Source: Eubacteriales bacterium (GTDB lineage: Bacteria; Bacillota; Clostridia; Oscillospirales; JAAYXM01). Taken from it: DNA of 64,000 nt. Location: assembly GCA_045636865.1 (NCBI GenBank), contig JAZTYJ010000017.1, positions 5,253-69,252 of the forward strand, written 5' to 3'. The notes under the pieces are model-generated. The model saw only the letters and a program-made list of their open reading frames with translations, was not told where the DNA came from and did not search any database. A program made the translations under genes and the position numbers. Positions 16,578 through 27,296 of the stretch are shown here, one piece after another. How positions within the stretch are numbered: position 1 is the stretch's first letter; each line of letters starts with the position of its first letter.

Positions 16578-17281
16578 TATTCAAGCCCCATAAGGCGAAG
16601 TGCTTCGTGAGCCGCCATCTGCTCGGCTTCCTTTTTACTTCTGCCAAAGCCGTGTCCGACTGGGTTTGAGTTTATGAGAACCTCAACGGAGAAGCTGCGC
16701 TCGTGGTCGGGACCGTTTGAGTCAAGCATTCGGTAGGAAAGCTTTTCCCCGCGGTTTTTCTGAACGATTTCCTGCAACGCCGTTTTGTAGTCGGTAATTT
16801 TAAATTCTCCGGCATCTTCACAGTCAAAAACGAATGTTTGTATAAAGTTGTGTGCGGCATTCTCGCCTGAATCAAGGTAAATCGCGCCGATTACCGCTTC
16901 AAACGCATCTGCGAGGATGGAGTCGCGGTTTCTGCCGCCGCCAAGCTCTTCACCGTGTCCGAGAAGGAGCATATCGCCGAGCCCTATCTCGCGTGCACGT
17001 TCGCAGAGAGCATCGGTGCAAACAAGTGCAGAGCGCATCTTTGTGAGCTCGCCTTCGGGTTCATTGGGATATTTTTCAAAAAGGTAAAGTGCAGTATTCA
17101 TTCCGAGAACAGAGTCGCCGAGAAATTCAAGACGCTCGTTGTCAGGGACACCTGCCGCTCTGTTTTCGTTTGCATATGAGCTGTGGGTGAGAGCGCGGAT
17201 AAGAAGACCTTGATTTTTGAACGTGTAGCCGATTTTCTTCTCAAAAGAGCGGAGAGAATCGGTTTTCGGTGTATTACTCAT
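16577..17281 (-). CDS. rnc: Ribonuclease III
   Basis: It carries the ERLEFLGDSVL signature and a C-terminal dsRBD (GPDHERSF...GRSKKEAEQMAA). Confidence 0.95.
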   Translation of the reverse strand: MSNTPKTDSLRSFEKKIGYTFKNQGLLIRALTHSSYANENRAAGVPDNERLEFLGDSVLGMNTALYLFEKYPNEPEGELTKMRSALVCTDALCERAREIGLGDMLLLGHGEELGGGRNRDSILADAFEAVIGAIYLDSGENAAHNFIQTFVFDCEDAGEFKITDYKTALQEIVQKNRGEKLSYRMLDSNGPDHERSFSVEVLINSNPVGHGFGRSKKEAEQMAAHEALRLMGLE

Positions 17282-18305
17282 CAGATTTCTCCTCTTTTTT
17301 GAGACTTTCTGAAATCTTATCGATTATTTTTGACTCGGCAAAGGATTTAGCCTGAAGGATGCAGTTGCAAATCGCGCGAGCTTTTGCACTTCCGTGAGCC
17401 TTGATAACGGGCGCACGCACACCGAGAAGCGGTGCGCCGCCTGCGTTGTTATAGTCAACCTTGCCCTTGAAGCCGCTGATGGCAGACTTGAGGCAGAGAC
17501 CTGAAAGCTTTCCGATAATGGAAGAGAGGAAAATGCTTTTAAGCTCTTTTGCAAAGAAGAGACCTATACCTTCCATTGTCTTTAAGTAGATGTTGCCCGA
17601 GAAACCGTCAGCAACGATAACGTCGACCTTTCCAAGCGGGCCGTCGCGTCCTTCTATATTGCCGACAAAGTTGATTTCTCCGTTATTATGTGCCGCCAAA
17701 AGAACTTTATGTGTTTCACGGTGAAGCTCGTCGCCCTTGTGATCTTCTGCACCGTTGTTTAAAAGCCCGACCTTCGGAGAGGTGATGCCCATAATCTTTT
17801 CGGCGTAGAAAGAGCCCATAAGAGCAAACTGATAAAGATATTCAGGCGTACATTCGGTATTTGCGCCACTGTCGATCAGAACTGCATTTCCCGTTGCAGT
17901 CGGGGTAACAGGTGCAAGTGCTGCGCGGCGGATTCCGCGGATGCGCTTTAAGATGAGAGTTGCCTGTGTGAGGAGTGCACCTGTGTTTCCGCCCGATACG
18001 AGAGCATCGCCCACTCCTTCTGCAAGAAGGCGCATGGAAACAGACATTGAAGAGTCCTTCTTTTCCTTCATAACGGAAAGAGGATCGTCGCACATTTCCA
18101 CAACCTCGGTTGCATTCACAACGGAGATGCGGTCTGAATATTTTCCGTTCGGATCATTTTCCGAAATAAGTGCCGAAAGCTTATCTTCACATCCGACGAG
18201 GCACACTTCGATGTCGGTCTTTTCAAGAGCCTCGATTGCGCCCTTGACAAACTCGCAAGCACCATGGTCACTTCCCATAGCATCAATTATAATCTTCAAA
18301 GTCAT
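17274..18305 (-). CDS. plsX: Phosphate acyltransferase PlsX
   Basis: IIDAMGSDHG, GNTGAL and the overall PlsX layout are present. It overlaps the rnc start by 8 nt. Confidence 0.93.
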   Translation of the reverse strand: MTLKIIIDAMGSDHGACEFVKGAIEALEKTDIEVCLVGCEDKLSALISENDPNGKYSDRISVVNATEVVEMCDDPLSVMKEKKDSSMSVSMRLLAEGVGDALVSGGNTGALLTQATLILKRIRGIRRAALAPVTPTATGNAVLIDSGANTECTPEYLYQFALMGSFYAEKIMGITSPKVGLLNNGAEDHKGDELHRETHKVLLAAHNNGEINFVGNIEGRDGPLGKVDVIVADGFSGNIYLKTMEGIGLFFAKELKSIFLSSIIGKLSGLCLKSAISGFKGKVDYNNAGGAPLLGVRAPVIKAHGSAKARAICNCILQAKSFAESKIIDKISESLKKEEKSDE

Positions 18306-19619
18306 TTACCCCCGTAAATTTTTTGAAATTTCGTCTATCATATCGAGAGAACGTTTTGCAAGAAGTGCGTTCTTTTCTTTTTTGTTGCGGATTTTCACTC
18401 CGAGCGGCGGAATGATGCCGAAGGTTACATTCATCGGCTGAAAATCGCCCACACTTCCGGAGCTTACATATATCGAAAGCGCACCGATTGCGGTCTCCTG
18501 CGGAAATTCGGGAACGGGCATTTCGCTCAACTTGCACGCAAGTGAAAGCCCTGCAAGAAGTCCTGATGCGGCTGATTCGACATACCCCTCAACGCCGGTC
18601 ATCTGCCCTGCAAAGTAGAGCATATCATCGCTCTTTAAGGAATAGTCGCGATTTATAAGACCGGGAGATTTGATATATGTATTTCTGTGCATGACGCCGT
18701 ATCTCACGAATTCAGCATTTTTAAGTGCCGGAATCATAGAGAAGACGCGCTTTTGCTCGCCGAATTTCAGGTGAGTCTGAAAGCCTACGAGGTTATAGAG
18801 CGTACCCTCGCGATTGTCGCGGCGAAGCTGAACAACGGCGTACGGAGTTTCGTTTGTTTTCGGATCGCGGAGACCGACCGGCTTGAGAGGTCCGAAAAGG
18901 AGCGTTTCAAATCCGCGCTTTGCCATAACCTCAACGGGCATACAGCCTTCAAAAACGCGGTCGTTTTCAAAGCCGTGAACCTCCGCACACTCAGCAGTTG
19001 TGAGAGCCTCCCAGAATGCGCGGTATTCCTCCTCTGTCATCGGGCAGTTTATATAGTCTGCCGTGCCCTTGTCGTAGCGGGATTTAAAGTATGCGCTTTC
19101 CATATCAACACTTTCAAATGTGACGATGGGAGCCGCCGCATCAAAGAAACCGAGAAACTCACCGCCGCCGAGAGCATTTCGTATTGACGAAGAAAGCGGC
19201 TCTTCGGTGAGCGGACCTGTTGCGACGATGAGCGGGCGCACATCGGGAAGTGAGGTTATCTCCTCGTTTATCACAGTTATGTTTTTGTGGTTTGTGATTT
19301 TTTTCGTGATATATTCTGAAAACTTGTCACGGTCAACAGCAAGCGCACCGCCTGCCTCAACGCGTGTTGCGTCTGCCGCCTGCATAATGAGAGAATCAAG
19401 GCGTCGCATCTCTTCTTTTAAGAGACCGACAGCATTCTCAACGTTTGCGGCGCGAAGCGAGTTTGAGCATACAAGCTCGGAAAAACCGTCTGATTTGTGA
19501 GCAGGGGATTTCTTTTTGGGTTTCATTTCATAAAGGGTTACGCAGACTCCGCGCTCGGCAAGCTGCCAGGCGGCTTCACACCCTGCAAGCCCTGCACCTA
19601 TAACGTAAGCATTTTTCAC
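18306..19619 (-). CDS. trmFO: Methylenetetrahydrofolate--tRNA-(uracil-5-)-methyltransferase TrmFO
   Basis: It has an N-terminal FAD fold ([16 protein letters not shown]), CSNSLR and [14 protein letters not shown]. Its stop abuts the plsX start with no gap. Confidence 0.93.
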   Translation of the reverse strand: MKNAYVIGAGLAGCEAAWQLAERGVCVTLYEMKPKKKSPAHKSDGFSELVCSNSLRAANVENAVGLLKEEMRRLDSLIMQAADATRVEAGGALAVDRDKFSEYITKKITNHKNITVINEEITSLPDVRPLIVATGPLTEEPLSSSIRNALGGGEFLGFFDAAAPIVTFESVDMESAYFKSRYDKGTADYINCPMTEEEYRAFWEALTTAECAEVHGFENDRVFEGCMPVEVMAKRGFETLLFGPLKPVGLRDPKTNETPYAVVQLRRDNREGTLYNLVGFQTHLKFGEQKRVFSMIPALKNAEFVRYGVMHRNTYIKSPGLINRDYSLKSDDMLYFAGQMTGVEGYVESAASGLLAGLSLACKLSEMPVPEFPQETAIGALSIYVSSGSVGDFQPMNVTFGIIPPLGVKIRNKKEKNALLAKRSLDMIDEISKNLRG

Positions 19620-19622
19620 AGT

Positions 19623-21806
19623 TTATTTCTCCGACTTCTTTTTGGAAGTTGATTTCTTCGCGGCTGTTTTCTTTGTTCCTTTTGTGCTTTTCTTTGCAGT
19701 AGTCTTCCTTTTCTCCTCCTGCGGTTCGTATCTTTCGCATTCGGGGTTTGCACAGAAGAGCTTCTTTGAGCCGCGTCCGGAACGCTTGTAGAGAGTTTTT
19801 CCGCAAACCTCGCACTTTTCTTTCTGCGGAACGTCCCACGTCATAAAGGTACATTCGGGGAATTTTTCACAACCGTAGTACCAGTATCCGTTCTTGGATT
19901 TCTTCTTTAAGATTTCACCGCCACAGACGGGGCATTCGCCCGGTGTCTTTTCGACGATTGCTTTTGTGTTTTTGCATTCGGGATATCCGGGGCAGGCAAG
20001 GAACTTTCCGAAACGACCGGATTTTATGACCATATTCTTTCCGCAGAGCTCGCAGACGATGTCCGTAACCTCGTCGGGAACCTTGAGACGTTTTCCTTCA
20101 AGGGCTTTCTCTGCTTCTTCAAGCTCCTTTTCAAAAGAGCCGTAGAAGTCAGAGAGAGTCATCTTCCAGTCCTTGCTTCCTGCCTCAACCTCGTCAAGCT
20201 GCTCCTCCATATGAGCCGTAAATTCGATATCGATAATGTCAGAGAACTGGTCCACCATAAGACCGTTTACAACCTCTCCGAGCGGAGTCGGCTTTAAGCT
20301 CTTTCCATCTTTAATTACATATTCGCGGTCAAGGATGGTTGAAATCGTCGGTGCGTAGGTACTCGGACGTCCGACACCCTTTTCTTCCATAGCCTTGATG
20401 AGACTGCCGTCTGTATAGCGCGGAGGAGGAGAGGTGAAGTGCTGCTCGCTCTTTTCACCCTCAAACTTAAGCTTTTCGTTTTCGGAAAGCTCGGGAAGTG
20501 CGCTTGTATCCTCTTCTTCCTGCTCTGCCGCCATATCAGAATATACTGCAGTATAGCCTCTGAATGCAATCTTTGAGCTTGTAGCGCGGAAGATATATTC
20601 GTTTGCGGAAATATCGACGCTGAGAGTGTCGTAAACCGCATTTTCCATCTGGCAGGCAACAAAGCGCGACCAGATTATGCGATAAACCTTATACTGGTCG
20701 GCAGTAAGATTCTTCTTGATTTTGTCGGGAGTGAGGTCAACATACGACGGGCGGATAGCTTCGTGAGCATCCTGCGCGCCCTTCTTTGTCTTGAAGTAGC
20801 GTGCGGATTTCGGGCAGAATTCGTTGCCGTAGGTTTCTTTTATATAGCCTCTTACAGCAGTAATCGCCTCGTCAGCAATACGGAGAGAGTCTGTTCTCAT
20901 ATAGGTTATAAGACCTGTTGAGCCGAGACCGTCGATTTCAACACCTTCATAGAGCTGCTGAGCAATGGCCATAATGCGGCTCGGAGACATACCGAAACGG
21001 CGGGAAGCCTCCTGCTGAAGTGTTGATGTGATAAACGGCGGCACGGGAGAACGCTTTTTCTGTGCGCGCTTTATTGATTTTACAAAGAAATCAGCATCCT
21101 TGATGCTTTCGATAATTGCGTGGGTTTCTTCTGCGGATGACGGCTCGATCTTCTTCTTTTCAGTTCCGTAAAACTTTGCGGAGAAGCTGCCGAAATTCGG
21201 AGCGATTCTTGAGAAGTTTGCGTCAATTGTCCAGAATTCGACCGGGACAAACTCGCGGATTTCGTTTTCGCGGTCGATGACAAGACGCGTTGCAACAGAC
21301 TGAACGCGGCCTGCGGAAAGTCCGTAGCGCACCTTCTTCCAGAGAAGGGGAGAGAGCTTGTATCCCACGATTCGGTCAAGAAGTCGTCTTGCCTGCTGAG
21401 CGTTTACGAGATTTTCGTCTATGTCACGGGGGTTTTTGATACCCTCGATAATTGCGTTTTTGGTAATTTCGTTAAAGGTAACGCGCTTTGTCTTCTTCTC
21501 GTCAAGGTCAAGGAGTTCTTTCAAGTGCCAGGATATAGCTTCACCTTCGCGGTCAGGGTCCGTTGCGAGATATATCGCGTCACTTTCGGCGGCGAGAGAG
21601 CGAAGCTCACGGATGAGTGCGCTTTTTCCGCGGATAGCGAGATATTTCGGAACAAAACCTGCTTCTATATCAATACCGATGTCGCTCTTCGGAAGGTCGC
21701 GGAGGTGCCCCATAGAGGCCTTGACCGTATACTTGCTTCCAAGATGCTTTCCGATAGTTTTGACCTTGGTGGGAGACTCCACTATTACAAGATAAGACAT
21801 ACGCAT
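19623..21806 (-). CDS. topA: DNA topoisomerase I
   Basis: Toprim domain (VIVESPTK), TYMRTDS active-site Tyr region, several C4 zinc ribbons and a Lys-rich tail are present. Confidence 0.96.
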   Translation of the reverse strand: MRMSYLVIVESPTKVKTIGKHLGSKYTVKASMGHLRDLPKSDIGIDIEAGFVPKYLAIRGKSALIRELRSLAAESDAIYLATDPDREGEAISWHLKELLDLDEKKTKRVTFNEITKNAIIEGIKNPRDIDENLVNAQQARRLLDRIVGYKLSPLLWKKVRYGLSAGRVQSVATRLVIDRENEIREFVPVEFWTIDANFSRIAPNFGSFSAKFYGTEKKKIEPSSAEETHAIIESIKDADFFVKSIKRAQKKRSPVPPFITSTLQQEASRRFGMSPSRIMAIAQQLYEGVEIDGLGSTGLITYMRTDSLRIADEAITAVRGYIKETYGNEFCPKSARYFKTKKGAQDAHEAIRPSYVDLTPDKIKKNLTADQYKVYRIIWSRFVACQMENAVYDTLSVDISANEYIFRATSSKIAFRGYTAVYSDMAAEQEEEDTSALPELSENEKLKFEGEKSEQHFTSPPPRYTDGSLIKAMEEKGVGRPSTYAPTISTILDREYVIKDGKSLKPTPLGEVVNGLMVDQFSDIIDIEFTAHMEEQLDEVEAGSKDWKMTLSDFYGSFEKELEEAEKALEGKRLKVPDEVTDIVCELCGKNMVIKSGRFGKFLACPGYPECKNTKAIVEKTPGECPVCGGEILKKKSKNGYWYYGCEKFPECTFMTWDVPQKEKCEVCGKTLYKRSGRGSKKLFCANPECERYEPQEEKRKTTAKKSTKGTKKTAAKKSTSKKKSEK

Positions 21807-21823
21807 AAAACTCCTTATAAGTG

Positions 21824-22981
21824 TTAGAATTTCTTGATTTTAAAACGGTTTCCCGGAAGCTGAAGGACGCTTCCGCGAATCTCGAGCAAAGTCAGGAGTG
21901 AGAGAACTTTTGCGATGGAAAGGCCTGACTTTGCGGCAATTTCGTCAGCTCGGACGGTGTCACACGAAATTGCAAGAAGAACTGACTGCTCGTCAGATGA
22001 ATGTGAATTTAAAAAGGCCTGCGGAAGAGAAAAAACAGACTCTTCTTTCGGGGATGCTTTATCTTTATGTGGTGCATCCGAAGACTTTATGTTTACTTTG
22101 CCGGGGAAACGGTGGGCATATTCCGACATAACGTCATAGCCTGAAAAGATGGGCGTTGCGCCGTCGCGGATAAGCTCATTCGATCCTCGTGCAGTATCTT
22201 CAAATATGCCCGATGGCACGGCGAAGACATCTCTGTTTTGTTCAAGAGCCTCTCTTGCGGTTATGAGCGCGCCGCTTTTCTCGGGAGCTTCGATAACGAC
22301 AGTTCCGAGCGAGAGAGCGCTGATTATACGGTTTCGTTTCGGAAAATTGTTGCGGTCCGGTGCGGTTTTCGGAGGATATTCCGAAATAAGCGTTCCGCCA
22401 TCAAAAATCTTTTGCATAAGAGACTTGTTCTCGGGCGGATAGCATATATCGAGCCCGCAACCGAGAACGCCGATAACACGTCCGCCATTGCGGATAGCCG
22501 CGTCCATCGCAAGTGAGTCAATTCCGCGCGCCATACCGCTGCACAGAACACCGCCGCATAAGGCGATTTCTTCAGCGATCTTCTTTGCGGCAGAGCATCC
22601 GCCGGAGGAAGCATGCCTTGTGCCCACAACTGCGATGACGGCATCGTCATCAACCGAAAGCGTCTCTCCCTTTGCATAGAGAACAAAAGGTGCATTGGGG
22701 ATTTCAAGAAGCCTCTTCGGATATTCGGAAGAGTTGCGTGTTATTATTCGGATTCCGAGTCTCTGACATTCGGAAATAATCTTTTCTGCCACGTCAAGAC
22801 TCTTGTCGCAAAGCTTTATAAGATCGTTTTCCGTAAGATTTATGTTCAGAGAGGAAAATGCCTGTCTGTCAGCTTTGAAAACCTTCTGCACATCGCCAAA
22901 GTGAGCGAGGAGAAGAGAACTCTTCATAAGACCTTTGTTAAAGCATTCGGAAAACCATACCCACTTATCGACATTATTCAT
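21824..22981 (-). CDS. dprA: DNA processing protein DprA (Smf)
   Basis: It has a Rossmann-like DprA core (VVGTRHAS, GMARGID, AVPSGI) and a C-terminal winged-helix-like tail. It sits upstream of topA, as in many Firmicutes. Confidence 0.9.
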   Translation of the reverse strand: MNNVDKWVWFSECFNKGLMKSSLLLAHFGDVQKVFKADRQAFSSLNINLTENDLIKLCDKSLDVAEKIISECQRLGIRIITRNSSEYPKRLLEIPNAPFVLYAKGETLSVDDDAVIAVVGTRHASSGGCSAAKKIAEEIALCGGVLCSGMARGIDSLAMDAAIRNGGRVIGVLGCGLDICYPPENKSLMQKIFDGGTLISEYPPKTAPDRNNFPKRNRIISALSLGTVVIEAPEKSGALITAREALEQNRDVFAVPSGIFEDTARGSNELIRDGATPIFSGYDVMSEYAHRFPGKVNIKSSDAPHKDKASPKEESVFSLPQAFLNSHSSDEQSVLLAISCDTVRADEIAAKSGLSIAKVLSLLTLLEIRGSVLQLPGNRFKIKKF

Positions 22982-23735
22982 GGCACTTGCTCATTTCATA
23001 CATAAATATCGCGGCGGCGACCGCTGCGTTGAGAGATTCCGCACCGCCCGACATCGGGATAATGACACTTCCGTCACAGAGCTTTGAAATCTCGGGGCGG
23101 ACGCCGTTACCCTCATTTCCGATGACGATGAAGGTGTTCTTCAGGTCGCAGTCGGAAAGTGTGGAGACTTTTCCGTAAAGCTCGGATGCAAGGATTTTCT
23201 TTCCGTCGTTGCGGAGAGTAGGGATAAGAGATTCAAAGTCTGCAAAAATCACGGGGACTCTGAAAATCGAGCCCATTGCAGACCGGATTGTTTTCGGATT
23301 GTAGATGTCGGCAGTACCGTCGCAGAAGATTGCATCAAGTGAGAAGGCATCTGCTGTCCGGATGATCGTGCCGATGTTTCCCGTATCCTGAAGTCTGTCG
23401 AGTAAAAGTGCTCGCTCTATATCGCCGATTGCATTGTCGCGCATTCTGCAGGAAAAAATGACATTCTGCGAGGTTTTAAGCGTTGTTATGCTGTCAAGCA
23501 CGTCCTGCGGTGCGACAAAGAGACGGTCGTGCAAATCGGAAGGGATTTTGCTTTCATAGCCGTCGGTAACCAGAAGAGAGGTGATCTCGACGTTCTGAGA
23601 AACGGCTTCAGAAAGAAGCTTTTCACCGTCGCAGACAAATTCGCGACACGAAAATCTGAAGTCTTTATCGCGTGCAAGCGCGCGAAGCTTTTTAACCGTC
23701 TGATTCTGTCGGCTTGTAATCCTCTCCATTCGCAA
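22974..23735 (-). CDS. TrmH/SpoU-family RNA 2'-O-methyltransferase
   Basis: SpoU substrate-binding N-domain plus IVIGNEGNGV and SLNAAVAAAI motifs. Confidence 0.85.
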   Translation of the reverse strand: MRMERITSRQNQTVKKLRALARDKDFRFSCREFVCDGEKLLSEAVSQNVEITSLLVTDGYESKIPSDLHDRLFVAPQDVLDSITTLKTSQNVIFSCRMRDNAIGDIERALLLDRLQDTGNIGTIIRTADAFSLDAIFCDGTADIYNPKTIRSAMGSIFRVPVIFADFESLIPTLRNDGKKILASELYGKVSTLSDCDLKNTFIVIGNEGNGVRPEISKLCDGSVIIPMSGGAESLNAAVAAAIFMYEMSKCHE

Positions 23736-23753
23736 CCTCCGTTTGTAATAGAA

Positions 23754-24464
23754 TTAATTTGCTGCAAGCATTCCGCGTATTACATTTGCGGCATTTTCAT
23801 ATTTTCTCACAATGCGCTCTTTCTTAAGTCTTTGTTCGGTCTTTATCTTTATGCCTGCATAAATGCCGTTGTCGTGTACAATGTTGTAGTCCTTCCAGAA
23901 GGGAAGAGTGTCAACGCGGACAAAGAATTCATTTTCGCTCTCAATACCGAATGACGAAAGCGGCTCAAACGCACCCTCTTTTGCATACCACTCTGCATAT
24001 CGCTTGTCGAAGAAGAAGAGAAGAATCTCATCATCTGCCATACTGACGGCGATTTTATCTATGTTCGCGCTTGTGATTTCATCAAATAAAAGTGCCTGAT
24101 CGCCCGTGCCCACGGTGCTTCTTGTCGAAAGAATCTGCCGTCCGATTTTGGTAGGTGTGTCAGGCTTTTCCGGAGAGACAAAGACCGAAATATCTTCGGC
24201 AAGCTCCTGCATCTCAGCAGAGTCTGCAAAAACCGAACCTGCAAGGATGAAGTCAAGGTCGTTATATTCCTTGAAGAAAACATCGGAAACGAGGGTTACT
24301 GCGAAAATCGCGGCGAGGATAACTCCTAAAGTTGCATATTTGAAGTGGAACCAGTAAACGTTTTTAAACCAATAGATAAGCTTTTCAAAAAAGGTTGCAT
24401 TTTCCATAAAACTGCCCTTTTTGAAAACGGCAAAAACTTCACGATAATCGCGGCTGTCTTTCAT
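23754..24464 (-). CDS. Hypothetical single-pass membrane protein
   Basis: It has one hydrophobic helix (ATLGVILAAIFAVTLV). An AAGGAG RBS lies inside the end of lysS. I recognise no motif. Confidence 0.6.
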   Translation of the reverse strand: MKDSRDYREVFAVFKKGSFMENATFFEKLIYWFKNVYWFHFKYATLGVILAAIFAVTLVSDVFFKEYNDLDFILAGSVFADSAEMQELAEDISVFVSPEKPDTPTKIGRQILSTRSTVGTGDQALLFDEITSANIDKIAVSMADDEILLFFFDKRYAEWYAKEGAFEPLSSFGIESENEFFVRVDTLPFWKDYNIVHDNGIYAGIKIKTEQRLKKERIVRKYENAANVIRGMLAAN

Positions 24465-24470
24465 AGGAGA

Positions 24471-25973
24471 CTACTCCTTTTCAGTCTTCATTGTGGGGAA
24501 GAGGAGAACGTCGCGGATAGCGGCGCTGTCTGTAAGAAGCATGCACATGCGGTCAATACCGAAGCCGATGCCGCCTGTGGGGGGCATACCGATCTCAAGA
24601 GCATTGAGGAAGTCTTCATCTGTTGTGTTTGCCTCGTCGTTGCCCTGTGAGAGCTGTTCTTCCTGATCCTTGAATCTTTCGCGCTGATCAATCGGGTCAT
24701 TGAGCTCTGAATATGCGTTTGCCATTTCCCAACCGTTCATAAAGAACTCAAAGCGTTCTACATAGTCGGGGTTTCCGGGCTTTTTCTTTGTAAGCGGAGA
24801 AATCTCAATGGGATGATCCATAACAAAAGTCGGCTGAAGGAGATGCTCCTCAACAAACTCCTCGAAGAAGAGGTTCAAGATATCGCCCTTTTTGTGGCGT
24901 GTTTCAAACTCAACGTGCTTTTCCTTAGCGATAGCACGAGCCTCTTCGAGTGTATGGATTTCGTTAAAGTCAACGCCAGAATACTTCTTGACGGCATCAA
25001 TCATTGTGATTCTCTCAAACGGCTTGCCAAGATCCATCTCAATTCCGTTGTAAACGATTTTGGTAGTGCCCAAAACTTCCTCGGCAACGTGGCGGTACAT
25101 AGCCTCCGTGAGATCCATCATGCCGTGGTAGTCCGTATATGCCTCATAGAGCTCCATGAGGGTGAACTCGGGGTTGTGGCGTGTGTCAAGACCTTCGTTT
25201 CTGAAAACGCGGCCGATTTCATAAACCTTTTCAAGACCGCCGACGATAAGACGTTTTAAGTAAAGCTCAAGAGAGATGCGGAGCTTAAAGTCCTCATCAA
25301 GTGCATTGAAGTGAGTTTCAAACGGACGTGCAGCAGCACCGCCGGCATTTGAAACGAGCATCGGAGTTTCAACTTCAATAAAACCGCGGTTATCAAGGAA
25401 ACGGCGGATTGAGCTTATGATTTTTGAACGCTTGACAAATGTATCCTTTACCTCAGGGTTTGCGATGAGGTCAACATATCTCTGACGGTAGCGGACGTCG
25501 GTGTTCGTGAGACCGTGATATTTTTCGGGAAGCGGCTTTAAGGATTTTGAAAGGAGAGAAATCTCTGATGCGTGGATTGAGATTTCACCGCGGCGTGTGC
25601 GGAAGACGATTCCGCGGACACCGATAATGTCGCCGATGTCAAATTTCTTGAACTTTGCAAACGGCTCTTCGCCGATGTCGTTTATGCGGACGTAAATCTG
25701 AATCTTGCCCTTTAAGTCCTGAAGGTCACAGAAAAAGGCCTTACCCATATCACGACGGCTCATCATACGGCCTGCAAGGCAAACTTCAGAGCCTTCCATT
25801 TCGTCAAAATTGTCGATGACGTCGGTTGAGTGATGTGTGCGGTCATATTTCACGATTTCATACGGATTTTCGCCATCCTCAACGAGCTTTGTAAGCTTTT
25901 CTCTGCGAATTCTGAGAATTTCGTTTAAATCTTCAACGGGAGTTTCTACTACCTTTGTTTCTTCTGTTGCCAT
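24471..25973 (-). CDS. lysS: Lysine--tRNA ligase (class II)
   Basis: It has an OB-fold N-domain and class II motifs ([14 protein letters not shown]). Confidence 0.96.
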   Translation of the reverse strand: MATEETKVVETPVEDLNEILRIRREKLTKLVEDGENPYEIVKYDRTHHSTDVIDNFDEMEGSEVCLAGRMMSRRDMGKAFFCDLQDLKGKIQIYVRINDIGEEPFAKFKKFDIGDIIGVRGIVFRTRRGEISIHASEISLLSKSLKPLPEKYHGLTNTDVRYRQRYVDLIANPEVKDTFVKRSKIISSIRRFLDNRGFIEVETPMLVSNAGGAAARPFETHFNALDEDFKLRISLELYLKRLIVGGLEKVYEIGRVFRNEGLDTRHNPEFTLMELYEAYTDYHGMMDLTEAMYRHVAEEVLGTTKIVYNGIEMDLGKPFERITMIDAVKKYSGVDFNEIHTLEEARAIAKEKHVEFETRHKKGDILNLFFEEFVEEHLLQPTFVMDHPIEISPLTKKKPGNPDYVERFEFFMNGWEMANAYSELNDPIDQRERFKDQEEQLSQGNDEANTTDEDFLNALEIGMPPTGGIGFGIDRMCMLLTDSAAIRDVLLFPTMKTEKE

Positions 25974-26039
25974 TTAAGTTTCCTCCATTTAAATACATCA
26001 CAGGCGGACGCATAAAAATATGCGACCGCCAAAAGTTCC

Positions 26040-26510
26040 TTAGTTTTTGATTTCTACTACTTTGTATTCGATGATTCCGCACGGTGCCTCAACACCGACG
26101 ATCTCGCCGATTTTCTTTCCGAGAAGTGCACGACCGAAGGGAGATTCGTCTGAAATTCTGCCCTTGTAGGGGTTAGCTTCCTGAGAGCCTACAACCCAGT
26201 ATTCCTCTTCTGTACCGTCTGAAACGTCAGCGACGATAACGTGAGAACCGGTGTGAACCTCGTTTGTATCATCGGATACTTCGATAATTTCAGCGTTCAA
26301 TATGATGTTTTCGATTTCTGCCTTGCGTGAGAAAAGACGGCCCTGCTCGTTTTTTGCCTCTTCGTATTCGCTGTTTTCTGAAAGGTCACCGAATGAGCGG
26401 GCTTCTTTTATGAGCTCTGCAACTTCGTGCTCACGGACGTTTTTAAGATAATCGAGCTCTTCGCGAAGCTCCTGTAGTCGCTCTTTTGTAAGTTTGTAAG
26501 TTTTAGCCAT
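26040..26510 (-). CDS. greA: Transcription elongation factor GreA
   Basis: The protein is 156 aa with a coiled-coil N-domain carrying GDLSENSEYEEAK and a C-terminal FKBP-like domain. Confidence 0.95.
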   Translation of the reverse strand: MAKTYKLTKERLQELREELDYLKNVREHEVAELIKEARSFGDLSENSEYEEAKNEQGRLFSRKAEIENIILNAEIIEVSDDTNEVHTGSHVIVADVSDGTEEEYWVVGSQEANPYKGRISDESPFGRALLGKKIGEIVGVEAPCGIIEYKVVEIKN

Positions 26511-26598
26511 TTTTACTACCTCATTTTCATTTTATGATAAAAGTATTTTTCTATTTTCTACTATATAAATAGTAAATTACATTTTTACAACTTATCAT

Positions 26599-26627
26599 AT
26601 TATAGTGAGCAAAATGCAAAATGTCAA
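26599..26627 (-). promoter_or_regulatory. Consensus sigma-70 promoter for greA
   Basis: On the minus strand: TTGACA (26627-26622), 17-nt spacer, TATAAT (26604-26599). Confidence 0.65.
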
Positions 26628-26652
26628 GTAAAGATTTTAAAAAATTGCATTT

Positions 26653-27138
26653 TCATTTCGACAAAAGTTCACATTTAATGTCATTATCCCCCAAAAAACC
26701 GCATATTTTAAGGCACGACGAAAGCGCGGCAACGCAAGCTTGGGGAAGCTCTGCGTCAAAGGAATGAGAAAGTGAAAGACCGAAATCCGAAAAGGCTAAA
26801 AATTTCTCCTCAAAAACAAGAAATTTCTCTTCTGCCGGACGGATGATTACAGAGTTTTCAAAAGGCGTCGCTCTTATAACCGCGCCGCAGAAATCCGCAC
26901 ACACTTCCGCTACCTCATCAAAATCGGCACACGAAACGGAAACTTCATTTGTCTCCGCGAGGAGAGAAATTGCAATCCTTGAAACCGTATAAAAGCTCCC
27001 GCCCTGTATATGAAATCTTTTTCCGAGATTATTTTCTTTTGCAAATAAAAGTGCCATATCGGGAATGAGGGAAGAATATGCCTCCGTTCCGTCGACGGGC
27101 GTTATGCCGTATGATAAAAAAGCGTTTTTGAGATGCAT
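26653..27138 (-). CDS. Hypothetical protein (start trimmed to first ATG after the ctpA terminator)
   Basis: The track ORF begins with GTG at 27342, but its first ~25 codons contain a strong terminator hairpin. ATG at 27138 (MHLKNAF...) is the first plausible start. I recognise no motif. Confidence 0.45.
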   Translation of the reverse strand: MHLKNAFLSYGITPVDGTEAYSSLIPDMALLFAKENNLGKRFHIQGGSFYTVSRIAISLLAETNEVSVSCADFDEVAEVCADFCGAVIRATPFENSVIIRPAEEKFLVFEEKFLAFSDFGLSLSHSFDAELPQACVAALSSCLKICGFLGDNDIKCELLSK

Positions 27139-27271
27139 AAGCTCGTCGCAGACGGCAGCAAAGGTAATGTCGAGACCGGAAAGTTTTTTTAAAAGTCGCC
27201 TTTGAGAGCGAAGACTTAAGTTTCTGGAAATTTTTGCAGAATAAATCTCGAACCCCTTGAAAAAACCGACG

Positions 27272-27296
27272 AAAGAGGTGGAAAACCCACCTCTTT
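27272..27296 (-). terminator. Probable ctpA terminator
   Basis: On the minus strand: AAAGAGGTGG-gtttt-CCACCTCTTT followed by CGTCGGTTTTTT. Confidence 0.6.

Noticed and set aside
17941-19187. Two 166-aa plus-strand ORFs (17941-18441, 18687-19187)
   Set aside because: They are antisense to plsX and trmFO and lack RBSs and motifs.
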